Below, piece after piece: positions 48,408-55,279 of a DNA stretch of 64,000 nucleotides (positions are counted from its first letter, which is position 1; every line of letters starts with the position of its first letter). The translations under genes were made by a program, and so were the position numbers. The stretch comes from an uncultured archaeon. Its GTDB lineage: Archaea; Altiarchaeota; Altiarchaeia; IMC4; SCGC-AAA252-I15. The stretch covers positions 1 through 64,000 of the forward strand of contig CABMCB010000059.1 in assembly GCA_902384455.1 (NCBI GenBank), written 5' to 3'. The notes beneath the pieces were generated by a model that worked only from the letters and a program-made list of their open reading frames with translations, did no database searches and was not told where the DNA came from.

Positions 48408-48623
48408 TTATCTCCAAACCCATCCGCATCGCGGGCACACTACTTCTGTTCCTGTTTTCTTTCTTAAACCAAAACTGTTCTGATTCTTCACGAAGCTGCT
48501 GTTGAAATACAGGTTCGCGTCTTTCACTTTCGGCACGTCATAGATGTTCGTGCCCTGCACCGCTCTCGACGTGTTCGGAGTCGTAGCGGTTATCGTTCTG
48601 CTATCAATTACTGACGATGCCAT
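48408..48623 (-). CDS. Small hypothetical protein
   Basis: GGAGG RBS; composition shifts to AT-rich within the gene. Confidence 0.5.
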   Translation of the reverse strand: MASSVIDSRTITATTPNTSRAVQGTNIYDVPKVKDANLYFNSSFVKNQNSFGLRKKTGTEVVCPRCGWVWR

Positions 48624-48761
48624 GCTACCTCCAAATCCAGCCGCAGGCCGGACACTTTACTTCGGCCATCGGGTCGCGCTTTTCGAGCGGACGACGACAG
48701 CGACCACACAAACGTGTTGCCACAAAACGAAAAAGGCTCATAGAGCCTCCGCAGTTTCGGT

Positions 48762-49133
48762 TTAGCTACCTACTGCGACACCTTGGTAGGTCAAGTTGTA
48801 GTGGATGTTTCCGCCAGCGTTGCGCACTTGAAGAATGTCAAACTGTGACGGATTTGAGAACGCGTCTGCGAAGATTGCAGCGGTCGATGAGGCAGAGGTA
48901 AGGCGAGATAGAAATACACCAACGCGGGTTCCGTTTGTTGCGGACACGGCTGGCTTGTGCACAGCACCGGCGGAGTCAACGTTCACGAGAACGGAACCGC
49001 TCTGGCTGATGATTTGTAGAAGGTCGAGGTTCTGAGCACCGACTCCCTGCGTAGGAAGCTGCGGCCATGCGGTCGCGACGGTCGAACCGCCCTGTGAACT
49101 ATTCTGTTCATACAACGCTTGTGATGTAGCCAT
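48762..49133 (-). CDS. Virion protein
   Basis: AGGAG RBS; internal repeat DLLQI/DILQV similar to the tailspike N-terminus. Confidence 0.65.
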   Translation of the reverse strand: MATSQALYEQNSSQGGSTVATAWPQLPTQGVGAQNLDLLQIISQSGSVLVNVDSAGAVHKPAVSATNGTRVGVFLSRLTSASSTAAIFADAFSNPSQFDILQVRNAGGNIHYNLTYQGVAVGS

Positions 49134-49148
49134 GTTGCTCCTGAAATG

Positions 49149-49176
49149 AAAAAGCCCCACTCGTCTGAGTGAGGCT
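49149..49176 (-). terminator. Rho-independent terminator ending the tRNA/ncRNA operon
   Basis: AGCCTCACTC-agac-GAGTGGGGCT then T-run on the - strand. Confidence 0.8.
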
Positions 49177-49181
49177 GAAAT

Positions 49182-49302
49182 TGGTACGAACTAGTTGCGA
49201 TGAGAACGCCGTGTATGCTCGGTAGCTCAACGTACGTGGGCCGCTCCTAGGGTTCGCTCCCGGGTCTCTCCGCGAGACGTGGCGGCACAACTATTCCTTC
49301 AT
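49182..49302 (-). ncRNA. CCA-ended structured RNA of unknown type
   Basis: AGTTGTG/CGCAACT outer stem, GCCGC/GCGGC multibranch, ends GTACCA then ATTTC like the neighbouring tRNAs. Confidence 0.45.
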
Positions 49303-49309
49303 GAAATTT

Positions 49310-49387
49310 TGGTCGGAGAAGAAAGATTTGAACTTTCGTTCTCTGCTTTCCGAAAGCAGCGGGAACTCCAGGCTTCCCCATTCCCCG
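49310..49387 (-). tRNA. tRNA-Pro(CGG)
   Basis: Cloverleaf; loop TT-CGG-AA; CCA encoded. Confidence 0.9.
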
Positions 49388-49394
49388 ACTGGTG

Positions 49395-49694
49395 TTACGA
49401 CAAATTTTTTGTAATCTTCGGCATCAGCGCGGACTGCTTGAATCTCTGTCCGCCAAAAGAAACGATGTTCATGTCCGGGGTCGGGTCGCTTGCGCCCCAG
49501 TTGAAGATGACCACTTCGTGCTGCTTGGCCTTGTCCAAGAGTTCCGCGAAATCCGCCGGATGAATGTATGTCACTTCACCAGGTAGACCATAGCCTCGGT
49601 GAAGCTGAGCAATCACTGCTCTTGCTTCATCGAGTTCTTTTTTGTACCAGGTCAGTTCTGCTTCTGCTGCCTGGGCCATGCGGACAAGACTCAT
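49395..49694 (-). CDS. Hypothetical protein
   Basis: AAGGA RBS; between tRNAs. Confidence 0.55.
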   Translation of the reverse strand: MSLVRMAQAAEAELTWYKKELDEARAVIAQLHRGYGLPGEVTYIHPADFAELLDKAKQHEVVIFNWGASDPTPDMNIVSFGGQRFKQSALMPKITKNLS

Positions 49695-49711
49695 ATTGGT
49701 CCTTTTGAAAA

Positions 49712-49785
49712 TGGTCGAGAATGCTGGAATCGAACCAACCCCACATGCTCCCAAAGCACGCGTGCGGCCACAACACTTATTCTCG
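49712..49785 (-). tRNA. tRNA-Pro(UGG)
   Basis: Loop TT-TGG-GA; CCA. Confidence 0.9.
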
Positions 49786-49792
49786 ACTAAAC

Positions 49793-50209
49793 TTACGGCA
49801 AAATCTTTTTCTCAATCGCTGCAACCGTGATTGCGCGATAGTGGTCACCGGATGCGGCCTTCGCACCGTGGTCCGGCTGAATCCATTCCAACCAGCGGTT
49901 CATCGCTCTGCCCCACAGATGACCCTTCAGCTTTGCGCGATACGCGTGTGCTGAAATTGTTTCACCGGGCATGCCGTTGAACGCGAGCACGTTGATGAAC
50001 TGGTCAAACGCCACTAGCACTCTGTGCAAGTATGACTCACGCGATGCACGCTGCTCGGCGTGTGCTTCGTCTTCTGCTGTGAATGGCTTCTCAATGTCGA
50101 AGTGTCCTTCGACGGCGGCGCGGATAGATGTCATCACCAAACCCATTGCAACTAAACCAGCAATAGAACCTGCGATTATCTTTCCTGCTAGAAGCAATCC
50201 GTGTAGCAT
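49793..50209 (-). CDS. Membrane protein
   Basis: TM helix; DQFIN...G.P.ETISA motif. Confidence 0.65.
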   Translation of the reverse strand: MLHGLLLAGKIIAGSIAGLVAMGLVMTSIRAAVEGHFDIEKPFTAEDEAHAEQRASRESYLHRVLVAFDQFINVLAFNGMPGETISAHAYRAKLKGHLWGRAMNRWLEWIQPDHGAKAASGDHYRAITVAAIEKKILP

Positions 50210-50223
50210 TGTTCTCCAAAATT

Positions 50224-50298
50224 TGGTTCGGGCGGCACGACTCGAACGTGCATTAACTGGGTCAGAGCCAGTGTTCCTGCCAATTGAAAGACATCCGA
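50224..50298 (-). tRNA. tRNA-Gln(CUG)
   Basis: Loop CT-CTG-AC; CCA. Confidence 0.9.
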
Positions 50299-50368
50299 AC
50301 AGGGCCTACAATTCCGGGCCTTACATCAGGTTCTGAGGCCTAATGCCTGGAAATCTAGGCTTAAAGCT

Positions 50369-50443
50369 TGGTTGGGGCGAGTGGACTCGAACCACTATTA
50401 GAAGTTTCAAAGACTTCCTTCCTGCCAATTGAAAGACATCCCA
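50369..50443 (-). tRNA. tRNA-Gln(UUG)
   Basis: Loop CT-TTG-AA; same D arm as Gln(CUG). Confidence 0.9.
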
Positions 50444-50451
50444 ACGGAAAT

Positions 50452-50667
50452 TTACGGGAGCGGCGACTTCTGTAGATACATCGCCAAACCCAGTATAGCC
50501 GACGCGGCGGAGCCGATTGCGGCCATGATGAGAACATTATGAATGCCAACACCGGGTCGTAGGTTAAAACTCTGTGGCGCGATTCCTATCGCGGAGAAAG
50601 CGTTAATGACACCGCCTGCTGCTCCGCTAATCATCGCTGCCAACAGTCCCTTGGACCAGGGCTTCAT
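50452..50667 (-). CDS. Small two-TM protein (holin-like)
   Basis: AGGAG RBS; ends YLQKSPLP. Confidence 0.6.
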   Translation of the reverse strand: MKPWSKGLLAAMISGAAGGVINAFSAIGIAPQSFNLRPGVGIHNVLIMAAIGSAASAILGLAMYLQKSPLP

Positions 50668-50681
50668 AGTGCTCCTAAAAT

Positions 50682-50755
50682 TGGACCGCCCGAGTGGAGT
50701 CGAACCACTGGTGCCTCTTTTGCAGAGAGGTAGCTTGCCGTTTGCCGACGAGCGG
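50682..50755 (-). tRNA. tRNA-Cys(GCA)
   Basis: Loop CT-GCA-AA; U73. Confidence 0.9.
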
Positions 50756-50756
50756 T

Positions 50757-50843
50757 TGGCGGATGATGAAGGAATCGAACCCTCTCTACCTTTCAGTAGG
50801 CACAGTTTTCAAGACTGCTAGCCCCCATGGACTGCAATCATCC
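50757..50843 (-). tRNA. tRNA-Ser(UGA)
   Basis: Loop CT-TGA-AA; long variable arm; G73. Confidence 0.85.
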
Positions 50844-50852
50844 GTAAAATTT

Positions 50853-50940
50853 TGGCGGAAGGTAAGTGAATCGAACACTTACAACCTTTCGGTTGACTTA
50901 GGTTTAGCAAACCTATACGTTGCCTTTCCGTCAACCTTCC
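50853..50940 (-). tRNA. tRNA-Ser(GCU)
   Basis: Loop TT-GCT-AA; long variable arm; G73. Confidence 0.9.
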
Positions 50941-50943
50941 GCG

Positions 50944-51261
50944 TTACTTCTTGTCTGCGCCGCACTCACCCATCATCACCGTCTTGATTACGTGGTGATT
51001 GGCGCAACGAACTACACATTTAGCAATTTCAGCAAGAACCGTTTCCCACTTCCGACTTGAACCTGCCGCAATCTTGAACGACTTCGTGCTCGGGTCTACG
51101 TGGTCAAACTCCAAGGCAGCTGGATGCCAAACTGTTCCGGGTGCGCAATCCACGCAACCGCTGGATAGTTTGATGGCATCGACCTTGGCGCGAAACTCAA
51201 CATACTTCCTGGCCTGATATGACCGTTGTTGTTTCCGCGATTCTTCTGTTCTGATTCTCAT
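50944..51261 (-). CDS. HNH homing endonuclease
   Basis: CVDC...LEFDHV...EIAKCVVRCANHH. Confidence 0.85.
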   Translation of the reverse strand: MRIRTEESRKQQRSYQARKYVEFRAKVDAIKLSSGCVDCAPGTVWHPAALEFDHVDPSTKSFKIAAGSSRKWETVLAEIAKCVVRCANHHVIKTVMMGECGADKK

Positions 51262-51268
51262 AAATATA

Positions 51269-51552
51269 TTAGTGAGCGTTAGCCTGGATTCTGTATTCCG
51301 GAATACGGAATGACTATCATCCATCTTCGCCTGCTACCCGACCTTCATCACGCTCAACCAGCGCTCCGGTCCTATTTGCAGTTGCACCGATGTGGAGTGC
51401 CCAGTCTTGAATTAACTACGCTGGCCTTACCCGTACTCTCGCGAGTCCCGCAACTTCCACGGCATCGAGTTGAGATGTGTCCAGAACTTCCTCGGTCGCG
51501 TCGGCAAAGGCCGAAACTTTATAGCGCGGACCGCGATAGTCTAGCTCACTAA
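51269..51552 (-). ncRNA. rnpB: RNase P RNA (compact, type-A-like catalytic domain)
   Basis: P1 AGTGAGC/GCTCACT; P2 GACTATC/GATAGTC; CR-I GAGGAAGTTCTGGA; CR-V ACAGAATCCAGGCTAA; P6 CTCAAC/GTTGAG; P7 CGATG/CATCG; GCAA-CTGC-AAATAG...GGGTA-GCAG (P15/L15). Confidence 0.9.
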
Positions 51553-51872
51553 TCTAGTTTAACGTAACCGATGATACACAAAACCGCGACGAATGTCAAC
51601 ATAGAAATTGCGCCTGCGACAATCATCACATCGCCCGGGCTGTAAAGCCATCCCCGGAAACTGATGTAGTCCGCCAGGTATTTCAGGCTGGCGTCTGATG
51701 ACATCGTGCAATGGGTCATGTTCGTGACCTGAAACGGCCAGTCCCATCTGCCGTGATATGCGACCGGCATGAACCCGCCGTTGGCCCACATCACTAGTTT
51801 GTTCATCAAGCCGCCGCCGATATAAGAGCCGAGGCCTGCGAGCGCCCACTTCAAAAAACTTTTGCGCTTCAT
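51549..51872 (-). CDS. Membrane protein (DUF5317-like)
   Basis: N.LVMWANGGFMPV...LAD...SPGD. Confidence 0.65.
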   Translation of the reverse strand: MKRKSFLKWALAGLGSYIGGGLMNKLVMWANGGFMPVAYHGRWDWPFQVTNMTHCTMSSDASLKYLADYISFRGWLYSPGDVMIVAGAISMLTFVAVLCIIGYVKLD

Positions 51873-52636
51873 GACGCCGCTTCGGCCTTCGACACATCCG
51901 CTCGGATGTGACTGATAGGCACCGCGATTGTCGGTGTGGTCGTTCCATCGTAACCGCCGATGACCAACCCGATAATTCTGTGCGTCTTTTCGCTTACGAT
52001 TGCGCTGCCGGATGCGCCGTGCGAATCAAACTGCTGCACGAGCATCATGCCGTGAACCGCTGAGCCAGCCGGAGCGATAACGCTCGCGACACTGCCTCTC
52101 GTCATCTGCTTCGTCATCTTCTCACCGAGTGAGAAATTGACATCCACAGTTGCGTCACCAACGGCGACATCTGATTCGTCGCCCAGTTCGATGACTGGAA
52201 TCTTCGCGTCGGTCTTCATGTAGTAGACCGCGTAGTCTTGGTACTCGACGCCGTCTTCATTCGGCTCAATCACTTCGGCCTTCAGAAGCTTCACGGGCGT
52301 CTTCTCCGTGCCGACGTTGTCGGACACCGAGTAAACCAAACCCTTCGGCAAATCTTCCGGATTGCCCTCGGCGGTGCAGTGCCCTGCACCAATCAATTCG
52401 TAACCGCCAGCGACCTTCTTGAACGCGGTGACCGTGCACAAGAAGTGCGTCACGTCGTGGTCGTTCTTGATTACGCCGTCGTCCGTCTCTATTTCCGCGC
52501 CAGCAGGCAGCGTACCATAGAGCGCCATGCTCGCTTGGTAAACTTTACCGTCGAAGCCGCGAGGTGTCTTCACATCCGCGAACGCCGACGAACAAACCAA
52601 AATCAAAGCCGCTACGAGAGAGAAAATCTTTCTCAT
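51869..52636 (-). CDS. Secreted trypsin-like serine protease
   Basis: Signal peptide; AGHC, QDYA, HGASGS catalytic triad. Confidence 0.85.
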   Translation of the reverse strand: MRKIFSLVAALILVCSSAFADVKTPRGFDGKVYQASMALYGTLPAGAEIETDDGVIKNDHDVTHFLCTVTAFKKVAGGYELIGAGHCTAEGNPEDLPKGLVYSVSDNVGTEKTPVKLLKAEVIEPNEDGVEYQDYAVYYMKTDAKIPVIELGDESDVAVGDATVDVNFSLGEKMTKQMTRGSVASVIAPAGSAVHGMMLVQQFDSHGASGSAIVSEKTHRIIGLVIGGYDGTTTPTIAVPISHIRADVSKAEAAS

Positions 52637-52743
52637 CTACATTTGCCCGTCAGACACGCCTTGGCAGAGCACCGGTGTCAGACATGCGCCGTTCCAATTG
52701 GACCCTCTGCTCGGCGAACATCAGCAAATCAGCTATTAAGTTT

Positions 52744-52818
52744 TGGACGACCCGTCGGGACTTGAACCCGAATCCTCGGTTTAGGAAACCGTAACTCTTT
52801 CCATTGAGCTACAGGTCG
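52744..52818 (-). tRNA. tRNA-Arg(CCU)
   Basis: Loop TT-CCT-AA. Confidence 0.9.
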
Positions 52819-52819
52819 T

Positions 52820-52894
52820 TGGTAGGCCGTGGAGGAATCGAACCTCCATTCAGCGCTTAGAAGGCGCTAGTCCTGTCCGTTGAACGAACAGCCC
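52820..52894 (-). tRNA. tRNA-Arg(UCU)
   Basis: Loop CT-TCT-AA. Confidence 0.9.
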
Positions 52895-52900
52895 ACAGAA

Positions 52901-52981
52901 AAGTTGCCGACCGCCTTGTCCGTCTGGCTCCACAGGTTTTCAAGACCCGTGCCGGGAGTCGAACCCGGTTTTGTCGGACTT
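52901..52981 (-). ncRNA. Circularly permuted tRNA-like RNA (YrlA/Y-RNA-like) no. 1
   Basis: GTCCGAC-aaaa-CCGGG-TTCGACT-CCCGG-CACGGGT-cttgaaa-ACCTGTG-GA-GCC-agacggacaa-GGC-G-GTCGG. Confidence 0.75.
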
Positions 52982-53039
52982 GTCGGGCGCGTGGCTGGCC
53001 GTGTCACAGCCCTTTGGACTCGCGTTATCCGACTGAAAT

Positions 53040-53113
53040 TGGCAGGACGCGTAGGAATTGAACCCACTCCGTTCGGGTTGGAGCCGAACATGCTACCGTA
53101 ACACTTGCGACCT
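53040..53113 (-). tRNA. tRNA-Trp(CCA)
   Basis: Loop CT-CCA-AC. Confidence 0.9.
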
Positions 53114-53163
53114 GTAGTGCTCAAGAGCACACTGGGTGAGTTAGTGTGCCCTTGAGGTAAGAC

Positions 53164-53239
53164 TGGAGCGTGATACCAGATTCGAACTGGTGCGTACTGG
53201 GTGGAAGCCAGTCATGCTAGCCGCTAACATCAATCGCGC
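53164..53239 (-). tRNA. tRNA-Gly(UCC)
   Basis: Loop CT-TCC-AC; U73. Confidence 0.9.
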
Positions 53240-53248
53240 TCGAAACTA

Positions 53249-53518
53249 TTAAACTGTTGGTGCCGGAGCAAGTGCTGCTACGACGGTTGCATCTACCGCG
53301 TCAACTGCTGCTGCGTCTGCCGCGTCCTTCGCTGCTACTGCTGCTGCTACAGCGGTCGGGCCATTTTCAGCAATCAACTTAGCGATGTCTGCTTGCAACT
53401 TTGCCATGCTGTCTGCGAATGCCATCATTTCTCTCCGTAGTGCGTGAAGTAACAACCTGTCTTGATGCGATAGTTCGACTACTAACTTCGGGTTAGGTGA
53501 TTGGGCTTTTCCAAACAT
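53249..53518 (-). CDS. Small Ala-rich protein
   Basis: GAGG RBS; start uncertain. Confidence 0.5.
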   Translation of the reverse strand: MFGKAQSPNPKLVVELSHQDRLLLHALRREMMAFADSMAKLQADIAKLIAENGPTAVAAAVAAKDAADAAAVDAVDATVVAALAPAPTV

Positions 53519-53540
53519 TCGAACCTCGCTTTCAATTTTT

Positions 53541-53614
53541 TGGAGCGACGTACCAGAATCGAACTGGTGCCCGAACCTTGGCAAGGTTCTGTTCTACCAC
53601 TATACCAACATCGC
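53541..53614 (-). tRNA. tRNA-Gly(GCC)
   Basis: Loop TT-GCC-AA. Confidence 0.9.
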
Positions 53615-53617
53615 TCG

Positions 53618-53953
53618 TTACAAACCTCTGAACATCACCATGGCCTTTTCGTGGAGCACCAACTGCTCTGGTGTCATCTGGCCCACAACCTTGCGGAAGC
53701 GGCCCATCTTTCTGTTCACGTTCGGCCTGGTCGGGATGGTCGTCCTTACTGCTAGAGGACCGTCACCGTTCTGTTGCTCAACGAACTGTCTCGCCTGTGC
53801 TTCAGAACTAAATCTCTTCTCAACAATTTCTCCGGTGTTGTTGTCCAACTTCGTCGCGGAGTGTCCGAGCCAGTTCCACTTGTCTCCGTGGTTGCGCTCG
53901 TGCGGCAATCTTTTGCGGTCTTCATTTTCATGCTTCGGACGTTCGATTCGCAT
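53618..53953 (-). CDS. Hypothetical basic protein
   Basis: AAGGTG RBS; fills the gap between tRNAs. Confidence 0.55.
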   Translation of the reverse strand: MRIERPKHENEDRKRLPHERNHGDKWNWLGHSATKLDNNTGEIVEKRFSSEAQARQFVEQQNGDGPLAVRTTIPTRPNVNRKMGRFRKVVGQMTPEQLVLHEKAMVMFRGL

Positions 53954-53966
53954 AGTCACCTTAAAA

Positions 53967-54040
53967 TGGTACCCGTGGTCGGAATCGAACCGACGCTACG
54001 TCCGTGAGAGGGACGCGTTCTACCACTAGACTACATGGGC
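53967..54040 (-). tRNA. tRNA-Glu(CUC)
   Basis: Loop CT-CTC-AC. Confidence 0.9.
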
Positions 54041-54048
54041 ACAGAAAA

Positions 54049-54123
54049 TGGCGGAGATAGCGGGAATCGAACCCGCACTTTGCCCGTGACAGGGGCATGT
54101 CGTTACCAACTGACCCTATCTCC
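54049..54123 (-). tRNA. tRNA-Asp(GUC)
   Basis: Loop CT-GTC-AC; G73. Confidence 0.9.
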
Positions 54124-54130
54124 GCGAAAC

Positions 54131-54204
54131 TGGAGCTTCGTAAAGGAATTGAACCTTTACCTCATCCTTACCAAGGATGCGTTCTGCCGTTGAACTAACA
54201 AAGC
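54131..54204 (-). tRNA. tRNA-Thr(GGU)
   Basis: Loop TT-GGT-AA. Confidence 0.9.
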
Positions 54205-54214
54205 GTAAAACTTA

Positions 54215-54293
54215 TCCGGTGTGCTACCGTTACACTATAGCAACGAGCGGCTTTACCCGTTCCCGCCTGTGGGATTCGAACCCCTCTACCGGA
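54215..54293 (-). ncRNA. Circularly permuted tRNA-like RNA no. 2
   Basis: TCCGGT-ag..GGG-TTCGAAT-CCC-[hairpin]-TAGTGTAACGGTAGCAC-ACCGGA. Confidence 0.6.
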
Positions 54294-54297
54294 AGAT

Positions 54298-54371
54298 TGG
54301 AGCACCGTCGTGGAATCGAACCACGGCTTCTGCGCTACGAGGGCAGCTTCATGCCACTAGAACAACAGTGC
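54298..54371 (-). tRNA. tRNA-Thr(CGU)
   Basis: Loop CT-CGT-AG; C31:C39 mismatch. Confidence 0.85.
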
Positions 54372-54379
54372 AAAACTTT

Positions 54380-54488
54380 TGGAGGAAGTCCCTCTCACTT
54401 GGCCCATCCGGCGCAGGGCACCCCGAAGGGCTGGAGGTCCGCTTTCGACTGTGAAGAAGAAGCGTACTTACCGTTGAAGACTTCCTTC
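54380..54488 (-). ncRNA. CCA-ended structured RNA of unknown type
   Basis: AGGAAGTC/GACTTCCT then CCA; CGCTT/AAGCG arm; CCC-TTCG-GGG tetraloop hairpin. Confidence 0.5.
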
Positions 54489-54507
54489 GCCTTGCGGCGA
54501 GTAATCA

Positions 54508-54583
54508 TGGAGCACATCGCTGGATTCGAACCAACGTGTCGAAGGTACAAGCTTCGCATACTAGACCGCTGTATGAGACGTGC
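54508..54583 (-). tRNA. tRNA-Thr(UGU)
   Basis: Loop CT-TGT-AC. Confidence 0.9.
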
Positions 54584-54589
54584 TCGATA

Positions 54590-54665
54590 TGGCGTATCCC
54601 CTAGGATTTGAACCTAGGACCCTTCGGTTAACAGCCGAATGCTCTGGCCGCTGAGCTAGGGATAC
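54590..54665 (-). tRNA. tRNA-Asn(GUU)
   Basis: Loop CT-GTT-AA; G73. Confidence 0.9.
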
Positions 54666-54670
54666 AAAGA

Positions 54671-54758
54671 TGGCTGGAGCAGCAGGACTCGAACCTGCAA
54701 TGTGCTTTCGCACTGCCTGGGTAACAGCCAGGTGCTGTACCAATTGAGCCACACTCCA
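54671..54758 (-). tRNA. tRNA(GUU), Asn anticodon with long variable arm
   Basis: Loop CT-GTT-AC; variable arm GTGC-GAAA-GCAC; G73; 88 nt. Confidence 0.85.
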
Positions 54759-54768
54759 GTAGAAATTT

Positions 54769-54843
54769 TGGAGCACCCACTCGGAATCGAACCGAGATAG
54801 TCAGTTTCGAAGACTGATGCCCTATCCGTTGGACGACAGGTGC
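54769..54843 (-). tRNA. tRNA-Arg(UCG)
   Basis: Loop CT-TCG-AA. Confidence 0.9.
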
Positions 54844-55160
54844 TCGTGTGTTCTGATGCGATGACAATTTGCACAAACGACATCGCATTTCGAAATTTCT
54901 TCCAGTAACTTCTCCATTGAGGAGTTGTGATAGCCGCTGGAAATGTTGAACTTCTTTACTCCGCGAACATGGTCAAAATCCATGCACACAGATGGGAACT
55001 TGTTCCCGCAATCAGCACACGCGACGTTCTTAGCTGGCTCGATTATCTCCGCGTACAGTCTTTCTTTCCGTTTCGCGGATTTGTCGATGTAATACTGCTT
55101 GTGGTTTTTGTAATGCCTTCGGCCACAAGCTTTAGCCAGTTCTGAATTAGCGTACGCCAT
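54822..55160 (-). CDS. HNH homing endonuclease; stop codon inside tRNA-Arg(UCG)
   Basis: CADCG...MDFDHV...EISKCDVVCANCH. Confidence 0.85.
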   Translation of the reverse strand: MAYANSELAKACGRRHYKNHKQYYIDKSAKRKERLYAEIIEPAKNVACADCGNKFPSVCMDFDHVRGVKKFNISSGYHNSSMEKLLEEISKCDVVCANCHRIRTHEHLSSNG

Positions 55161-55164
55161 AAAT

Positions 55165-55241
55165 TGGTAGACCGTGGTGGATTTGAACCAACCATTATAG
55201 CCTTCGCAGGGCTATGTCCTATCCAGTTGAACGAACAGTCC
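55165..55241 (-). tRNA. tRNA-Arg(GCG)
   Basis: TAGCC-CT-GCG-AA-GGCTA. Confidence 0.9.
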
Positions 55242-55279
55242 ACATTAAATCGTACTTTCGAAAATTTGTCAAGAACTAT

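Noticed and set aside
52901-52981. Two-piece (permuted) tmRNA
   Set aside because: No CCA after the acceptor strand, no G3:U70 Ala identity and no room for a tag ORF or pseudoknots.
55244-55272. Internal promoter before tRNA-Arg(GCG)
   Set aside because: TTGACA is present, but the 17-bp-spaced hexamer is TTTAAT and lies only 2 nt from the tRNA start.
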